The notes: generated by a model not told the origin, from the letters alone. Shown: positions 9,257 to 18,028, counted from the first letter of the stretch. The stretch is 48,435 nt of DNA from Saprospiraceae bacterium (GCA_036503755.1 DASXWI010000080.1:1-48435); one strand, 5' to 3'. Numbers and translations are program-made.

Positions 9257-10309
9257 TTATTTGCTGCTGGTTTTGAGATTTATATACATGATATAGGTTA
9301 AAAACAAAATACCCACACCTTGATGAGCAGCACCAAAAAACAATGGAATAGCACCTTTACTTCCTATTAAAGTCAAAATACCCAACAAAACCTGAACAAC
9401 AATAATGCCAAGCAAACAGTAGGCAACCCAGGTGTGTTTTCTTTCATTCTGATTAATCCATTTAATACTAAATACAATACCTATCAAGGTAATAAGATAT
9501 GCAAGGTTGCGGTGAATAAACTGCACCAGCGCAGGCATAAATCCGGATTGATCATACAACAAGACAGAATCCATATTCCAATGACTGGAATCAAAAAGAA
9601 TAGAAGGAATCCATTCCCCATTCATCTTTGGCCAATTTGGATAATTCAGTGCAGATTTCATGCCTGAAACAAATCCACCAAAAAAAACCTGAATGATCAC
9701 CAAACCAATAAACCAATTCAAACTAATCTTCCATTTTTTGGAAACAGGTATAATGCTAAACCCTTTTTCTTTAATCCAGGTATAGGCAAGAAAGATAAAC
9801 AATGTTATCCCTAAACTTAAATGTATGGTTAATTTATAAGCACTTACCCAAGGTCTGTTAATCAATCCCGAGGCCACCATGATCCATCCAAACAAAGCTG
9901 CCAGACTTGCAAGTAAAATGACAACAACTAATCGCCTGATGGTTTCTTTTTTCAACCATCCCCTATACAGGAAATAGATAAACGGAAAAAGAAAAACAAA
10001 TCCCATTGATCTTGCCCATAACCGATGAATGTATTCCCAGAAAAAGATGAACTTAAACCTGGATAGTTCCATCCCTTCATTGATCTTTTGATACTGAGGA
10101 GTGGCTTTATACAGCGTAAAAGCTTCTTCCCATTGAACCTCATTGAGTGGTGGTAATGTGCCAGTCACAATATCCCACCTGGTGATGCTCAATCCGGATC
10201 CGGTCAGACGGGTAATGCCACCAAGTAAAATCTGAACAAACACCATGATCACCCCAATCAGGAGCCACCATTTCACCCAGGAGTTTGTGTCAGTCGGCTT
10301 TGAATTCAT
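9257..10309 (-). CDS. ctaA: Heme A synthase (COX15/CtaA family)
   Basis: About 8 TM helices with conserved His in helices (EYIHRLWA, TIHLSLG, FIHRNLAY, GAAHQGVG). The track start at 10318 is a TTG, so I prefer the ATG at 10309 (MNSKPTD). Confidence 0.8.
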   Translation of the reverse strand: MNSKPTDTNSWVKWWLLIGVIMVFVQILLGGITRLTGSGLSITRWDIVTGTLPPLNEVQWEEAFTLYKATPQYQKINEGMELSRFKFIFFWEYIHRLWARSMGFVFLFPFIYFLYRGWLKKETIRRLVVVILLASLAALFGWIMVASGLINRPWVSAYKLTIHLSLGITLFIFLAYTWIKEKGFSIIPVSKKWKISLNWFIGLVIIQVFFGGFVSGMKSALNYPNWPKMNGEWIPSILFDSSHWNMDSVLLYDQSGFMPALVQFIHRNLAYLITLIGIVFSIKWINQNERKHTWVAYCLLGIIVVQVLLGILTLIGSKGAIPLFFGAAHQGVGILFLTYIMYINLKTSSK

Positions 10310-10485
10310 CGGGGCCAAAGATACTTGAGAAAGCCATCTCGAATTTCTGCTATGATATTGATGAATTTTAATTTTAATACTTAATTATACCATCATCATT
10401 AGGGGTGTGGATTCGTGGATATTTATCTGTTCAAACATTTCCATATCCAAAACACCCTTTTTATGAACGTCAATTCACAGTATTA

Positions 10486-10515
10486 TTAACATGTTAATTT
10501 ATTGAAAATCAATAA
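10486..10515. promoter_or_regulatory. Two adjacent perfect palindromes, TTAACATGTTAA and TTATTGA-AAA-TCAATAA, in a 488-bp AT-rich divergent intergenic region
   Basis: Read directly: 10486-10497 and 10499-10515. The region lies between the divergent ctaA and dtd genes. Confidence 0.3.
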
Positions 10516-10806
10516 TATATAATGGTTATCACCATTTCATCCCAAAATGTATATAATGCAATATGTTTAATAATAATTTTTTAAATATGTGTATAAAGCA
10601 CCCTCTAACTCTACAGTTGTTAAACAACGCATCCATTTTTAATGCGGAATTCAATCATTACGATCTTTCCAAACAAGTTACCTACACATCTCTTTGATGA
10701 AGTGTTGATAAAATAAAAATAAACAGGGTTGAATGGATAGCCTTTACGTGTTATAATTAGCTTTAATGTTTATAAATATCCTTCAGAAAACGCCCAAAAG
10801 GTCCTC

Positions 10807-11259
10807 ATGAGAGCAGTTATACAAAGAGTAAGCTCAGCAAGTGTAATAAGCAATGGAACACTTACTGGTCAGATCGGAAACGGACTTCTTATCCTGGTTG
10901 GTATTGAAACTCAGGATAACCAACAAGATGCAGAATGGCTTGCTGATAAAATATGGCAATTGAGAATATTCCAGGACCAGGATGATAAAATGAATCTTGC
11001 TTTAAATGAGGCAAATGGAGGATTATTGGTCATCAGCCAGTTTACCTTACATGCCAGTACCAAAAAGGGGAACAGACCTTCTTTTATTAGTGCCGCCAGA
11101 CCCGAACAAGCCATTCCGCTGTATGAGTATTTCAAAAAATATCTTTCCACCCAATCCGGCAGGGATGTCCAATCCGGCATTTTTGGAGCAGACATGAAAG
11201 TAAACCTGGTCAATGACGGACCGGTAACTATAATTATTGACAGCAAAAACAAAGAATAA
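10807..11259 (+). CDS. dtd: D-aminoacyl-tRNA deacylase
   Basis: MRAVIQRV start, SQFTL and NDGPVT motifs, 150 aa. Confidence 0.93.
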   Translation: MRAVIQRVSSASVISNGTLTGQIGNGLLILVGIETQDNQQDAEWLADKIWQLRIFQDQDDKMNLALNEANGGLLVISQFTLHASTKKGNRPSFISAARPEQAIPLYEYFKKYLSTQSGRDVQSGIFGADMKVNLVNDGPVTIIIDSKNKE

Positions 11260-11588
11260 TGACCATCCAGGAAGCACAACAAAAAGTAGACGATTGGATC
11301 CGGCAATATGGTGGTGGATACTTCAGCGAACTAACAAACCTTGGCATCCTTACGGAAGAAGTGGGCGAGATGGCCAGGTGGATGGTCCGTAAATATGGCG
11401 ATCAAACCCTCAAGCCTTCTGAGCAAAGCACAGATATAAAAGCCGCAATTGAAGATGAGATGACAGATATTCTCTGGGTGTTAATGTGTCTTGCCAATCA
11501 AATGCAGATTGATCTTACTTCTTCCCTGGAAAGAAATATCGATAAAAAGACAAACCGTGACCACTCACGACACAGGCCAAACAAGTAA
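11259..11588 (+). CDS. MazG-like nucleotide pyrophosphohydrolase domain protein
   Basis: EEVGEMARW and EDEMTDILWVL acidic helices typical of the all-alpha NTP-PPase fold, 109 aa. TAATG overlap with dtd. Confidence 0.75.
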   Translation: MTIQEAQQKVDDWIRQYGGGYFSELTNLGILTEEVGEMARWMVRKYGDQTLKPSEQSTDIKAAIEDEMTDILWVLMCLANQMQIDLTSSLERNIDKKTNRDHSRHRPNK

Positions 11589-11598
11589 AGATTACTAC

Positions 11599-12339
11599 CT
11601 ATTTGTCTGCGTCGGCACTTTTATAAAATGTAATAAGGTCACAAATCATTTGCGCTGTCTTTTCGTACATACCCATGTGACCTACGTCCTCATAAAGGAG
11701 AAGTGTATTGTTTGAAGGAAGGGATGCCTGGCGATAAATCAATTCGACCGGAACCGCAACGTCTTTCATGCCTGATATCATCAACACAGGAACCTGCAGG
11801 TTGGTGAGTGTTTCTCCATGATCTGCCCGGTCTCTCATTGCTTGCGCACCATAATACCAGGCAGGACCTTCATAGGACATTCCACGTGCTACCAGGGCAT
11901 CAACTAATGGTGTGGATCCTGATGCATCTGCAAAGAAAGACGGAATCATCTTGTGTGCTATTCCAGAATGGCCATTAGCTTTAATGTCTGCAACGGTTGC
12001 TGTCCGCTGTGCTTTCTTTTCAGCACTGTCTTCAAAAACATGACTGTGTAATAGCGAGAGGCTGGCTACTCTGGAAGGCTGTTGAGCAGCCATTTCAATA
12101 CACACATATCCACCCATACTATGTCCTGTGAGATGAACCTTGGGATGTAGCGCTTGGTCGATTTGTTCCCAATATTGTTTTGCCAACGAAGCAATAGTAT
12201 AAGATTCCGATGGTGTTTTTGATCCAAAACCTGGAAGCGAAAACCGAATGGTTTGAAATCCATCAAATGCAATTTCAACAGGATCCCATGTGCGTTGATC
12301 GAAACCATATCCGTGCACAAGAATGATTGTTTTACTCAT
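11599..12339 (-). CDS. Alpha/beta-fold hydrolase
   Basis: VHGYGFD N-terminus, nucleophile elbow GHSMGGY, C-terminal VGHMGMYE, 246 aa. Confidence 0.7.
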   Translation of the reverse strand: MSKTIILVHGYGFDQRTWDPVEIAFDGFQTIRFSLPGFGSKTPSESYTIASLAKQYWEQIDQALHPKVHLTGHSMGGYVCIEMAAQQPSRVASLSLLHSHVFEDSAEKKAQRTATVADIKANGHSGIAHKMIPSFFADASGSTPLVDALVARGMSYEGPAWYYGAQAMRDRADHGETLTNLQVPVLMISGMKDVAVPVELIYRQASLPSNNTLLLYEDVGHMGMYEKTAQMICDLITFYKSADADK

Positions 12340-12499
12340 AGTAAAGTGGCTAAAGTATGTGCTCCTAAGATAGTTGATTTGTCTAGGATTCCGTTATGGT
12401 GGGTGACCAGGGATACATATTTCACCAGACCCCAAACGACCGTTTTTAGGAAAGTAAATATTCATGTTATCTTTCGGGGCTCTAACAAAATATAAAGGC

Positions 12500-13579
12500 A
12501 TGTCATTGACCATTGGTGTCCTGAAAGAAAGTAAAGACAAACGGGTTGCTATAACTCCGGAGAATATTAAGCGTTCCAAGGTTAAGGATGCAACCTGGTG
12601 GATTGAAGGTGGAGCAGGGACCGAAGCAGGATTTAGTGATTCTACCTATTCCGGGTTGGCCATTGTCAAGGACAGGGCGTCCATACTAAAAGGAGCAGAT
12701 ATTATTGTGACCATCTTTCCTCCTTCAGATAATGATTGTACACAAATTCATTCTGGTGCACTACTTATATCACAATTCAGGCCGTACCAGGATGAAACGG
12801 TAAACACAAAGCTTTCGCAATATCCATTTCGTTCTCTGAGTATGGATATGATTCCAAGGACCACCTTAGCCCAGGCTATGGATGTTCTTTCCTCAATGGC
12901 ATCCATTGCGGGGTATAAAGCAGTATTACTTGCCGCACAAAATTTGCCCCGTTATTTTCCAATGATGATTACGTCTGCAGGGAGCATAAAACCATCAAAA
13001 GTATTAGTCATTGGTGCCGGAGTGGCTGGTCTTCAGGCTATCGCTACCTCCAGAAAATTAGGAGCCGTTGTAGAAGCTTTTGATGTGAGATCAGCAGCAA
13101 AGGAAGAGGTCCAAAGTCTTGGGGCCAAATTTGTTGAAGTTGAAGGAGCAAAGGACGATAAAGGAGCCGGCGGTTATGCGGTGCAACAATCCGAAGAGTA
13201 TCTGGCTCGTCAACGTGCAGAAGTACAAGCCAGGGCCTCAAAGGCGGACGTCATCATTTGCACCGCCCAGGTTCGTGGACGTAAAGCGCCAGTATTAATT
13301 GAAGCTGATACCGTCAACAACATGCGTCACGGCTCAGTGATTGTTGATCTTGCGGCGTCTACAGGGGGTAATTGCGCATTAACCCAAAATGATAAGACCA
13401 TCCAGGTAAATGGAGTAACCATTATTGGAAACTCTTCTTTAGAATGTGAAATGCCGGAAGATGCCAGCCAGATGTATGGAAATAATATTCTGAATCTACT
13501 TGCCCACATCACCAAGGATGGGGCACTCAATCTGAATATGGAAGACGAGATTGTGAAAGGATCATTGATAAAACCATAA
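12500..13579 (+). CDS. pntA: NAD(P) transhydrogenase alpha subunit, soluble dI (NAD(H)-binding) component only
   Basis: VLVIGAGVAGLQAIATSRKLGAVVEAFDVR Rossmann motif and GGYA...SEEY segment typical of PntA dI. I prefer the ATG at 12500 (MSLTIGVLKE) over 12464. No TM (dII) region and no pntB follow. Confidence 0.75.
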   Translation: MSLTIGVLKESKDKRVAITPENIKRSKVKDATWWIEGGAGTEAGFSDSTYSGLAIVKDRASILKGADIIVTIFPPSDNDCTQIHSGALLISQFRPYQDETVNTKLSQYPFRSLSMDMIPRTTLAQAMDVLSSMASIAGYKAVLLAAQNLPRYFPMMITSAGSIKPSKVLVIGAGVAGLQAIATSRKLGAVVEAFDVRSAAKEEVQSLGAKFVEVEGAKDDKGAGGYAVQQSEEYLARQRAEVQARASKADVIICTAQVRGRKAPVLIEADTVNNMRHGSVIVDLAASTGGNCALTQNDKTIQVNGVTIIGNSSLECEMPEDASQMYGNNILNLLAHITKDGALNLNMEDEIVKGSLIKP

Positions 13580-13733
13580 TAACAGAGAGCTAAAATTTTA
13601 ATAATTTTCAATCGTTCAAAAGGAAGCTAAAGGGAAGACGATAGCTCCCGTTGTGCCACACCACCAATTTACAGCGCTGATTTTCTGATTTGTCAGCGGA
13701 CAAGTACGATTAACCTATTTGTAAACCAGTGGC

Positions 13734-14603
13734 ATGACTAGTTTAACACATCGCATTTATATAAGTGTCCTTATTGCAATAGGGGTCATCACATTTATCC
13801 TACTGGTCTATTGGGGTTACTCCTACTATAATACAGGTATCGAAGAACGACCTTTTCATGAAGATCATACTGCATTAAAACCCAGCGGTCCGATAGGTCA
13901 CGGACTTGGCATCCTGGGCACCTTACTCATCCTCATAGGGGTATTTTCTTATATCGGAAGAAAGAAGAAAAAATTTCTTCCAAATTTTGGTGCCCTGAAA
14001 TATTGGCTCGAATTCCACATATTCCTGTGTTCGGTTGGTCCCTTGTTAATACTGTTTCATACAGCTTTTAAGTTCGGTGGTATAGTTTCTATAAGTTTCT
14101 GGAGCATGGTGGCGGTAGTTTTAAGTGGAATTATTGGCCGTTTCATCTATATACAAATTCCGAGGACAATCCAGGGACGGGAATTAAGCCTGGCAGAGAT
14201 CAAGGAGATGAAAGATGTCATGAACCGGGAATTGACCGAGAAGTATGGTTTGGATGAATCCATCTATTTCAGGTTGATCCATTCCACACAACTTGAATTT
14301 GAATATGCAGACAAAGACTTCTTGACAAGATCGATCAAAAGAATCGCACATCATCGACAGGTAAAACAGGAGGTGAATAAAATTCTGCAGCAAACCAAGT
14401 TAGCCCATCGGGAAAAACGGGGAGTAATGAAATTAGTAAATAACGAAATGACGATCAACAACAAGATCAGGCGATTACATACAATGCAAATGCTTTTTAA
14501 ATACTGGCATGTAGCCCATCTTCCGTTTGCGTTGATCATGCTTATCATCATGGTGATTCATGTAGCGATTACGATTGCCTTTGGGTATAAATGGATTTTT
14601 TAA
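13734..14603 (+). CDS. Five-TM membrane protein with a long cytoplasmic helical loop; candidate di-heme b transmembrane electron carrier
   Basis: TM helices at about aa 7-28, 57-75, 91-112, 117-140 and 258-284. TM3 carries His95 and His109; TM5 carries His262 and His276 (both H-x13-H), plus His259. RKKKK follows TM2 and the aa 141-257 loop is basic, which places those regions in the cytoplasm. The heme-b role is inference. Confidence 0.6.
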   Translation: MTSLTHRIYISVLIAIGVITFILLVYWGYSYYNTGIEERPFHEDHTALKPSGPIGHGLGILGTLLILIGVFSYIGRKKKKFLPNFGALKYWLEFHIFLCSVGPLLILFHTAFKFGGIVSISFWSMVAVVLSGIIGRFIYIQIPRTIQGRELSLAEIKEMKDVMNRELTEKYGLDESIYFRLIHSTQLEFEYADKDFLTRSIKRIAHHRQVKQEVNKILQQTKLAHREKRGVMKLVNNEMTINNKIRRLHTMQMLFKYWHVAHLPFALIMLIIMVIHVAITIAFGYKWIF

Positions 14604-14604
14604 A

Positions 14605-15945
14605 ATGGAAGTGTTCCTCGAGAAGACAATTATTTATTCCATTGTAGCAGGGCTCATTATGCTGACCCTGTATATTTATGTAAGAAAACTTCAAAGTACA
14701 ACCAGAAAAACAGAAGCCAAGATCCATAAAGCGAAAGAGGAGGGATTACATGAGCCCGTCTCGCTTCATCCGGAAATAGATGTGAATACCTGCATTCAAA
14801 GCGGAGCTTGTATAGAGGCTTGTCCGGAAAAAGAAATCATTGGCATCCGGAATGGGAAAGCAACACTGATCAATGCATCACGATGTGTGGGGCATGGGGC
14901 TTGTTTCCATGCATGTCCGGTTGAAGCTATTTCCCTTGTCATTGGAACAGAAAAAAGAGGAGTAGATCTCCCGCATATTAAGCAAGATTTTGAAACCAAC
15001 GTTAAAGGCATTTATATAGCCGGCGAACTTGGCGGGATGGGGTTGATTAAGAATAGTGTTGAACAAGGCAAGCAAGCCGTGAACAATATCGCCCGTGCGG
15101 TTTCGAAAGCAAAAGAAACAGAATATGACCTGGTGATTGTTGGTGCAGGACCCGCAGGAATTTCTGCCTCCCTCGAAGCTAAAAAGCAAGGATTAAAATG
15201 TATTACACTTGAGCAGGATACACTTGGAGGTACGGTCTTTTCTTTTCCAAGATCCAAGATTGTGATGACCTCCCCGATGGATCTCCCTTTGTTCGGAAAA
15301 GTAAAACTGACAGAAACTAAAAAATCTGAACTACTTGATCTGTGGAACAAAGTATTAGGGAACAATCAAATAGTGATAAAGGAAAACACCAAGGTTGAAT
15401 CCATTTCAAAAGCCGGCGAACATTTTAGAATAGTGGTAAATGAGGGAGAAGAATATATCACCAAATCGGTTCTGCTAGCCATTGGAAGAAGAGGTTCACC
15501 CAGAAAACTAAATGTGGCAGGGGAACATCTGGAAAAGGTAGCCTATCGTCTGTTAGAACCGGAATTGATTGAAGGGAAAAATATCGTCGTTGCCGGAGGC
15601 GGTGATTCAGCAATTGAGGCGGCACTCTCCTTGGCGGATCATAACAAAGTAGTACTTACCTACCGGGGGGAAGCGTTTCAACGAATTAAACCAAAGAACA
15701 GTGAGAAAATAAACCAGGCGATCGCAGATCAGAAAATAGACGTCATCTTCAATTCAACTATAGCCTTAATAGAGAAAGAGAATGTAACCCTGACACTTCC
15801 AAATAACGATAAGGTTAAGATACCTAATGACCTGGTTTATATTTTTGCAGGAGGAGAATTGCCAACACAGTTTTTACAAAAAGCAGGAATTGAAATTACG
15901 ACCCGATTTGGACATGCGCTGTTGAAACATGGGAAAAACAGGTAA
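14605..15945 (+). CDS. Membrane-anchored ferredoxin-like domain fused to a thioredoxin-reductase-type FAD/NAD(P)H oxidoreductase with no redox CxxC
   Basis: I prefer the ATG at 14605, 1 nt after the upstream stop. One N-terminal TM helix is followed by a basic stretch. There are two Fe-S-like motifs, CIQSGACIEACP and CVGHGACFHACP. FAD motif DLVIVGAGPAGISAS; NAD(P)H motif KNIVVAGGGDSAIEAA. Confidence 0.75.
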   Translation: MEVFLEKTIIYSIVAGLIMLTLYIYVRKLQSTTRKTEAKIHKAKEEGLHEPVSLHPEIDVNTCIQSGACIEACPEKEIIGIRNGKATLINASRCVGHGACFHACPVEAISLVIGTEKRGVDLPHIKQDFETNVKGIYIAGELGGMGLIKNSVEQGKQAVNNIARAVSKAKETEYDLVIVGAGPAGISASLEAKKQGLKCITLEQDTLGGTVFSFPRSKIVMTSPMDLPLFGKVKLTETKKSELLDLWNKVLGNNQIVIKENTKVESISKAGEHFRIVVNEGEEYITKSVLLAIGRRGSPRKLNVAGEHLEKVAYRLLEPELIEGKNIVVAGGGDSAIEAALSLADHNKVVLTYRGEAFQRIKPKNSEKINQAIADQKIDVIFNSTIALIEKENVTLTLPNNDKVKIPNDLVYIFAGGELPTQFLQKAGIEITTRFGHALLKHGKNR

Positions 15946-15946
15946 T

Positions 15947-17794
15947 ATGCTCAGAACGAAAACATATTTCTTTTTTTGGTGCTTCCTTCTTTCAGGGCTA
16001 ATCGTCGTTTTATATAGTGGAAATGCATGTGGTCAGATATCACCGGGAGATCTTTCCAATCCTCATGCCCATCTTGAGGGAATACTCAACTGCACCAAGT
16101 GCCATGTATTGGGTGAAAAAGTAACCAACGAAAAATGTCTTGATTGCCACAAAGAAATCAAATCGCGTGTTGATCAGAAAAAGGGATACCATGCTTCGGC
16201 AGAGGTAACCGGAAAGGATTGTTTTTCCTGTCATAGCGATCATCATGGAAGGCAGTTTGAAATCATACGTTTTGACACAGAAAAATTCAATCACCAGCTT
16301 ACAGGATATAAACTAACCGGTGCCCATGCTAAGGTAGATTGTAAAGCTTGTCACAAGGATGAAAGAATAGAATCTGCTGAGCTTCGAAAGAAAGAGGAGA
16401 CCTATCTTGGTTTAAAAAACGAATGTGTAGCCTGTCATAAAGATGTCCACAGAAACACACTTTCTACGGATTGCAAATCTTGTCACAACACAGATGCTTT
16501 CGCGCCTGCTACGCTGTTTGACCATGCTAAAACAGACTTTCCGCTCAAAGGCAAACACAAAGAAGCGGATTGTAACCGTTGCCATGAAGTAACCTTCGAA
16601 AACAGTGCACTCTATCAGCGGTTTTCAGGTGTCCCGTTTAATAGTTGTGTAGTCTGCCATGATGATGTACATCATGGCCGCCTTGGAACAGATTGTAAAG
16701 AATGTCATACCGAAACATCCTTTACTGTCTTTGCGGGCAAGAGTACTTTCAACCATAGCGAAACCGATTTTCCATTACTAGGCAAACATAGAATACTCGA
16801 TTGCGCAGCATGTCATAAAACAGGAGCGGAGACCACTGCAGATAGGGTTTTCAAGGATTATTCAGCAAAGGATTTCAACGCCTGTATAACATGCCATGAT
16901 GATGTTCATGAATCAAGACTTGGTACAGATTGCAGGAGGTGTCATACCGAAGAGTCCTTTCAAAAACAAAGGAATGCCGAAAACTTTGATCACACCCTGA
17001 CAGGATATGTGCTTGAAGGGAAACACAAGAAGGTGGATTGTAAATCCTGCCATACATCCAAAATGACAGATCCGCTTCTTCACAATCGTTGTGCAGACTG
17101 TCATGAGGATTTTCATAAAGGTCAGTTCATCAACGAAACCAAAAATCCAGACTGCAGGATTTGTCACAATACAGAAGGATTTTCAGGTTCTGTGTATACC
17201 ATTGAAATGCACAATGAAGGTTCTTTTCCTTTAACGGGTGCACACCTGGCGACACCATGCAATGCGTGTCACCAAAAAAATGATGAATGGACATTTAGAA
17301 ATATAGGTACTCAATGTGTCGATTGTCACACGGATTTACACGAAGGTTTTCTGTCGGAGAAATACTATCCCAAGAAATCATGTAACCAATGTCATATACC
17401 TGATGCCTGGACAGAAGTAGATTTTGAACACCAACAAACCGGATTCAAACTTGAAGGAAAGCATTTGCAAACCTCCTGCACAACGTGCCACAAGTCAGAT
17501 CCTGTTGAAAAAAGTAAAATTCCTTTTACAGGCCTCAATACTGAATGTACAAGCTGTCATGATAACGCCCATGATCGCCAATTTGAGATTGACGGCGTTA
17601 CAGATTGTAGACGTTGCCATTTATTTGAAACATGGAAGCCAAGCCAGTTTGATCATAACACCGCAAGGTTTGTATTGGATGGAAAACACAAACAGGTTGA
17701 TTGCCGTGAATGCCATCGATCTGAAACAATTGATGGAAGGGAAATCATCCAATACAAACTTGATGATTTCACTTGCGCGGCGTGTCACCTTTAA
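15947..17794 (+). CDS. Multiheme cytochrome c with 23 CXXCH motifs, built from cytochrome c7/c3-like repeats
   Basis: I counted 23 CXXCH in about 615 aa. The recurring unit is CxxCHxDVHxxxLGxDCxxCH...FxHxxTxFxLxGKHxxxxCxxCH. Signal peptide MLRTKTYFFFWCFLLSGLIVVLYSGNAC (possible lipobox). The ATG at 15947 lies 1 nt after the upstream stop; the track start at 15929 would overlap. Confidence 0.9.
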   Translation: MLRTKTYFFFWCFLLSGLIVVLYSGNACGQISPGDLSNPHAHLEGILNCTKCHVLGEKVTNEKCLDCHKEIKSRVDQKKGYHASAEVTGKDCFSCHSDHHGRQFEIIRFDTEKFNHQLTGYKLTGAHAKVDCKACHKDERIESAELRKKEETYLGLKNECVACHKDVHRNTLSTDCKSCHNTDAFAPATLFDHAKTDFPLKGKHKEADCNRCHEVTFENSALYQRFSGVPFNSCVVCHDDVHHGRLGTDCKECHTETSFTVFAGKSTFNHSETDFPLLGKHRILDCAACHKTGAETTADRVFKDYSAKDFNACITCHDDVHESRLGTDCRRCHTEESFQKQRNAENFDHTLTGYVLEGKHKKVDCKSCHTSKMTDPLLHNRCADCHEDFHKGQFINETKNPDCRICHNTEGFSGSVYTIEMHNEGSFPLTGAHLATPCNACHQKNDEWTFRNIGTQCVDCHTDLHEGFLSEKYYPKKSCNQCHIPDAWTEVDFEHQQTGFKLEGKHLQTSCTTCHKSDPVEKSKIPFTGLNTECTSCHDNAHDRQFEIDGVTDCRRCHLFETWKPSQFDHNTARFVLDGKHKQVDCRECHRSETIDGREIIQYKLDDFTCAACHL

Positions 17795-17878
17795 CTGAAT
17801 AATTCGTAGTAAACCAGGCTCATACATATAGTACCCCCTTCTTTGAGCGGCAAGATGGGTAAACCAATCAAAGATTTA

Positions 17879-17909
17879 TTGAAAAATACAGACTGAATAT
17901 TTACATTTG
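17879..17909 (+). promoter_or_regulatory. Candidate Bacteroidota sigma-A promoter: TTG (17879-17881), 20-bp spacer, TACATTTG (17902-17909)
   Basis: Matches the published -33 TTTG / -7 TAnnTTTG pattern. It lies about 120 bp upstream of the 61-heme gene in a 234-bp intergenic gap. Confidence 0.25.
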
Positions 17910-18028
17910 TAATCCACACCACAGGAAGTATTCAAAAAATACGTCCAAAAGCCTTACCCATATTCAATTTCTATCCTCGTCGGAGTTCCGGCAGGGCAGG
18001 ATTTGTTTATGGGTTATATCTAAATGGG

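Noticed and set aside
12500-13579. Alternative call of this gene as alanine dehydrogenase.
   Set aside because: The Rossmann segment and the GGYA...SEEY region fit PntA dI better as I remember the families. This needs an HMM or phylogeny check, and the uncertainty is kept in the confidence score.
13675-13698. The hairpin CGCTGA-N12-TCAGCG downstream of pntA, considered as a possible terminator separating pntA from the cytochrome cluster.
   Set aside because: It has only a 6-bp stem, a large loop and no following T-tract, so it is too weak to call a terminator.
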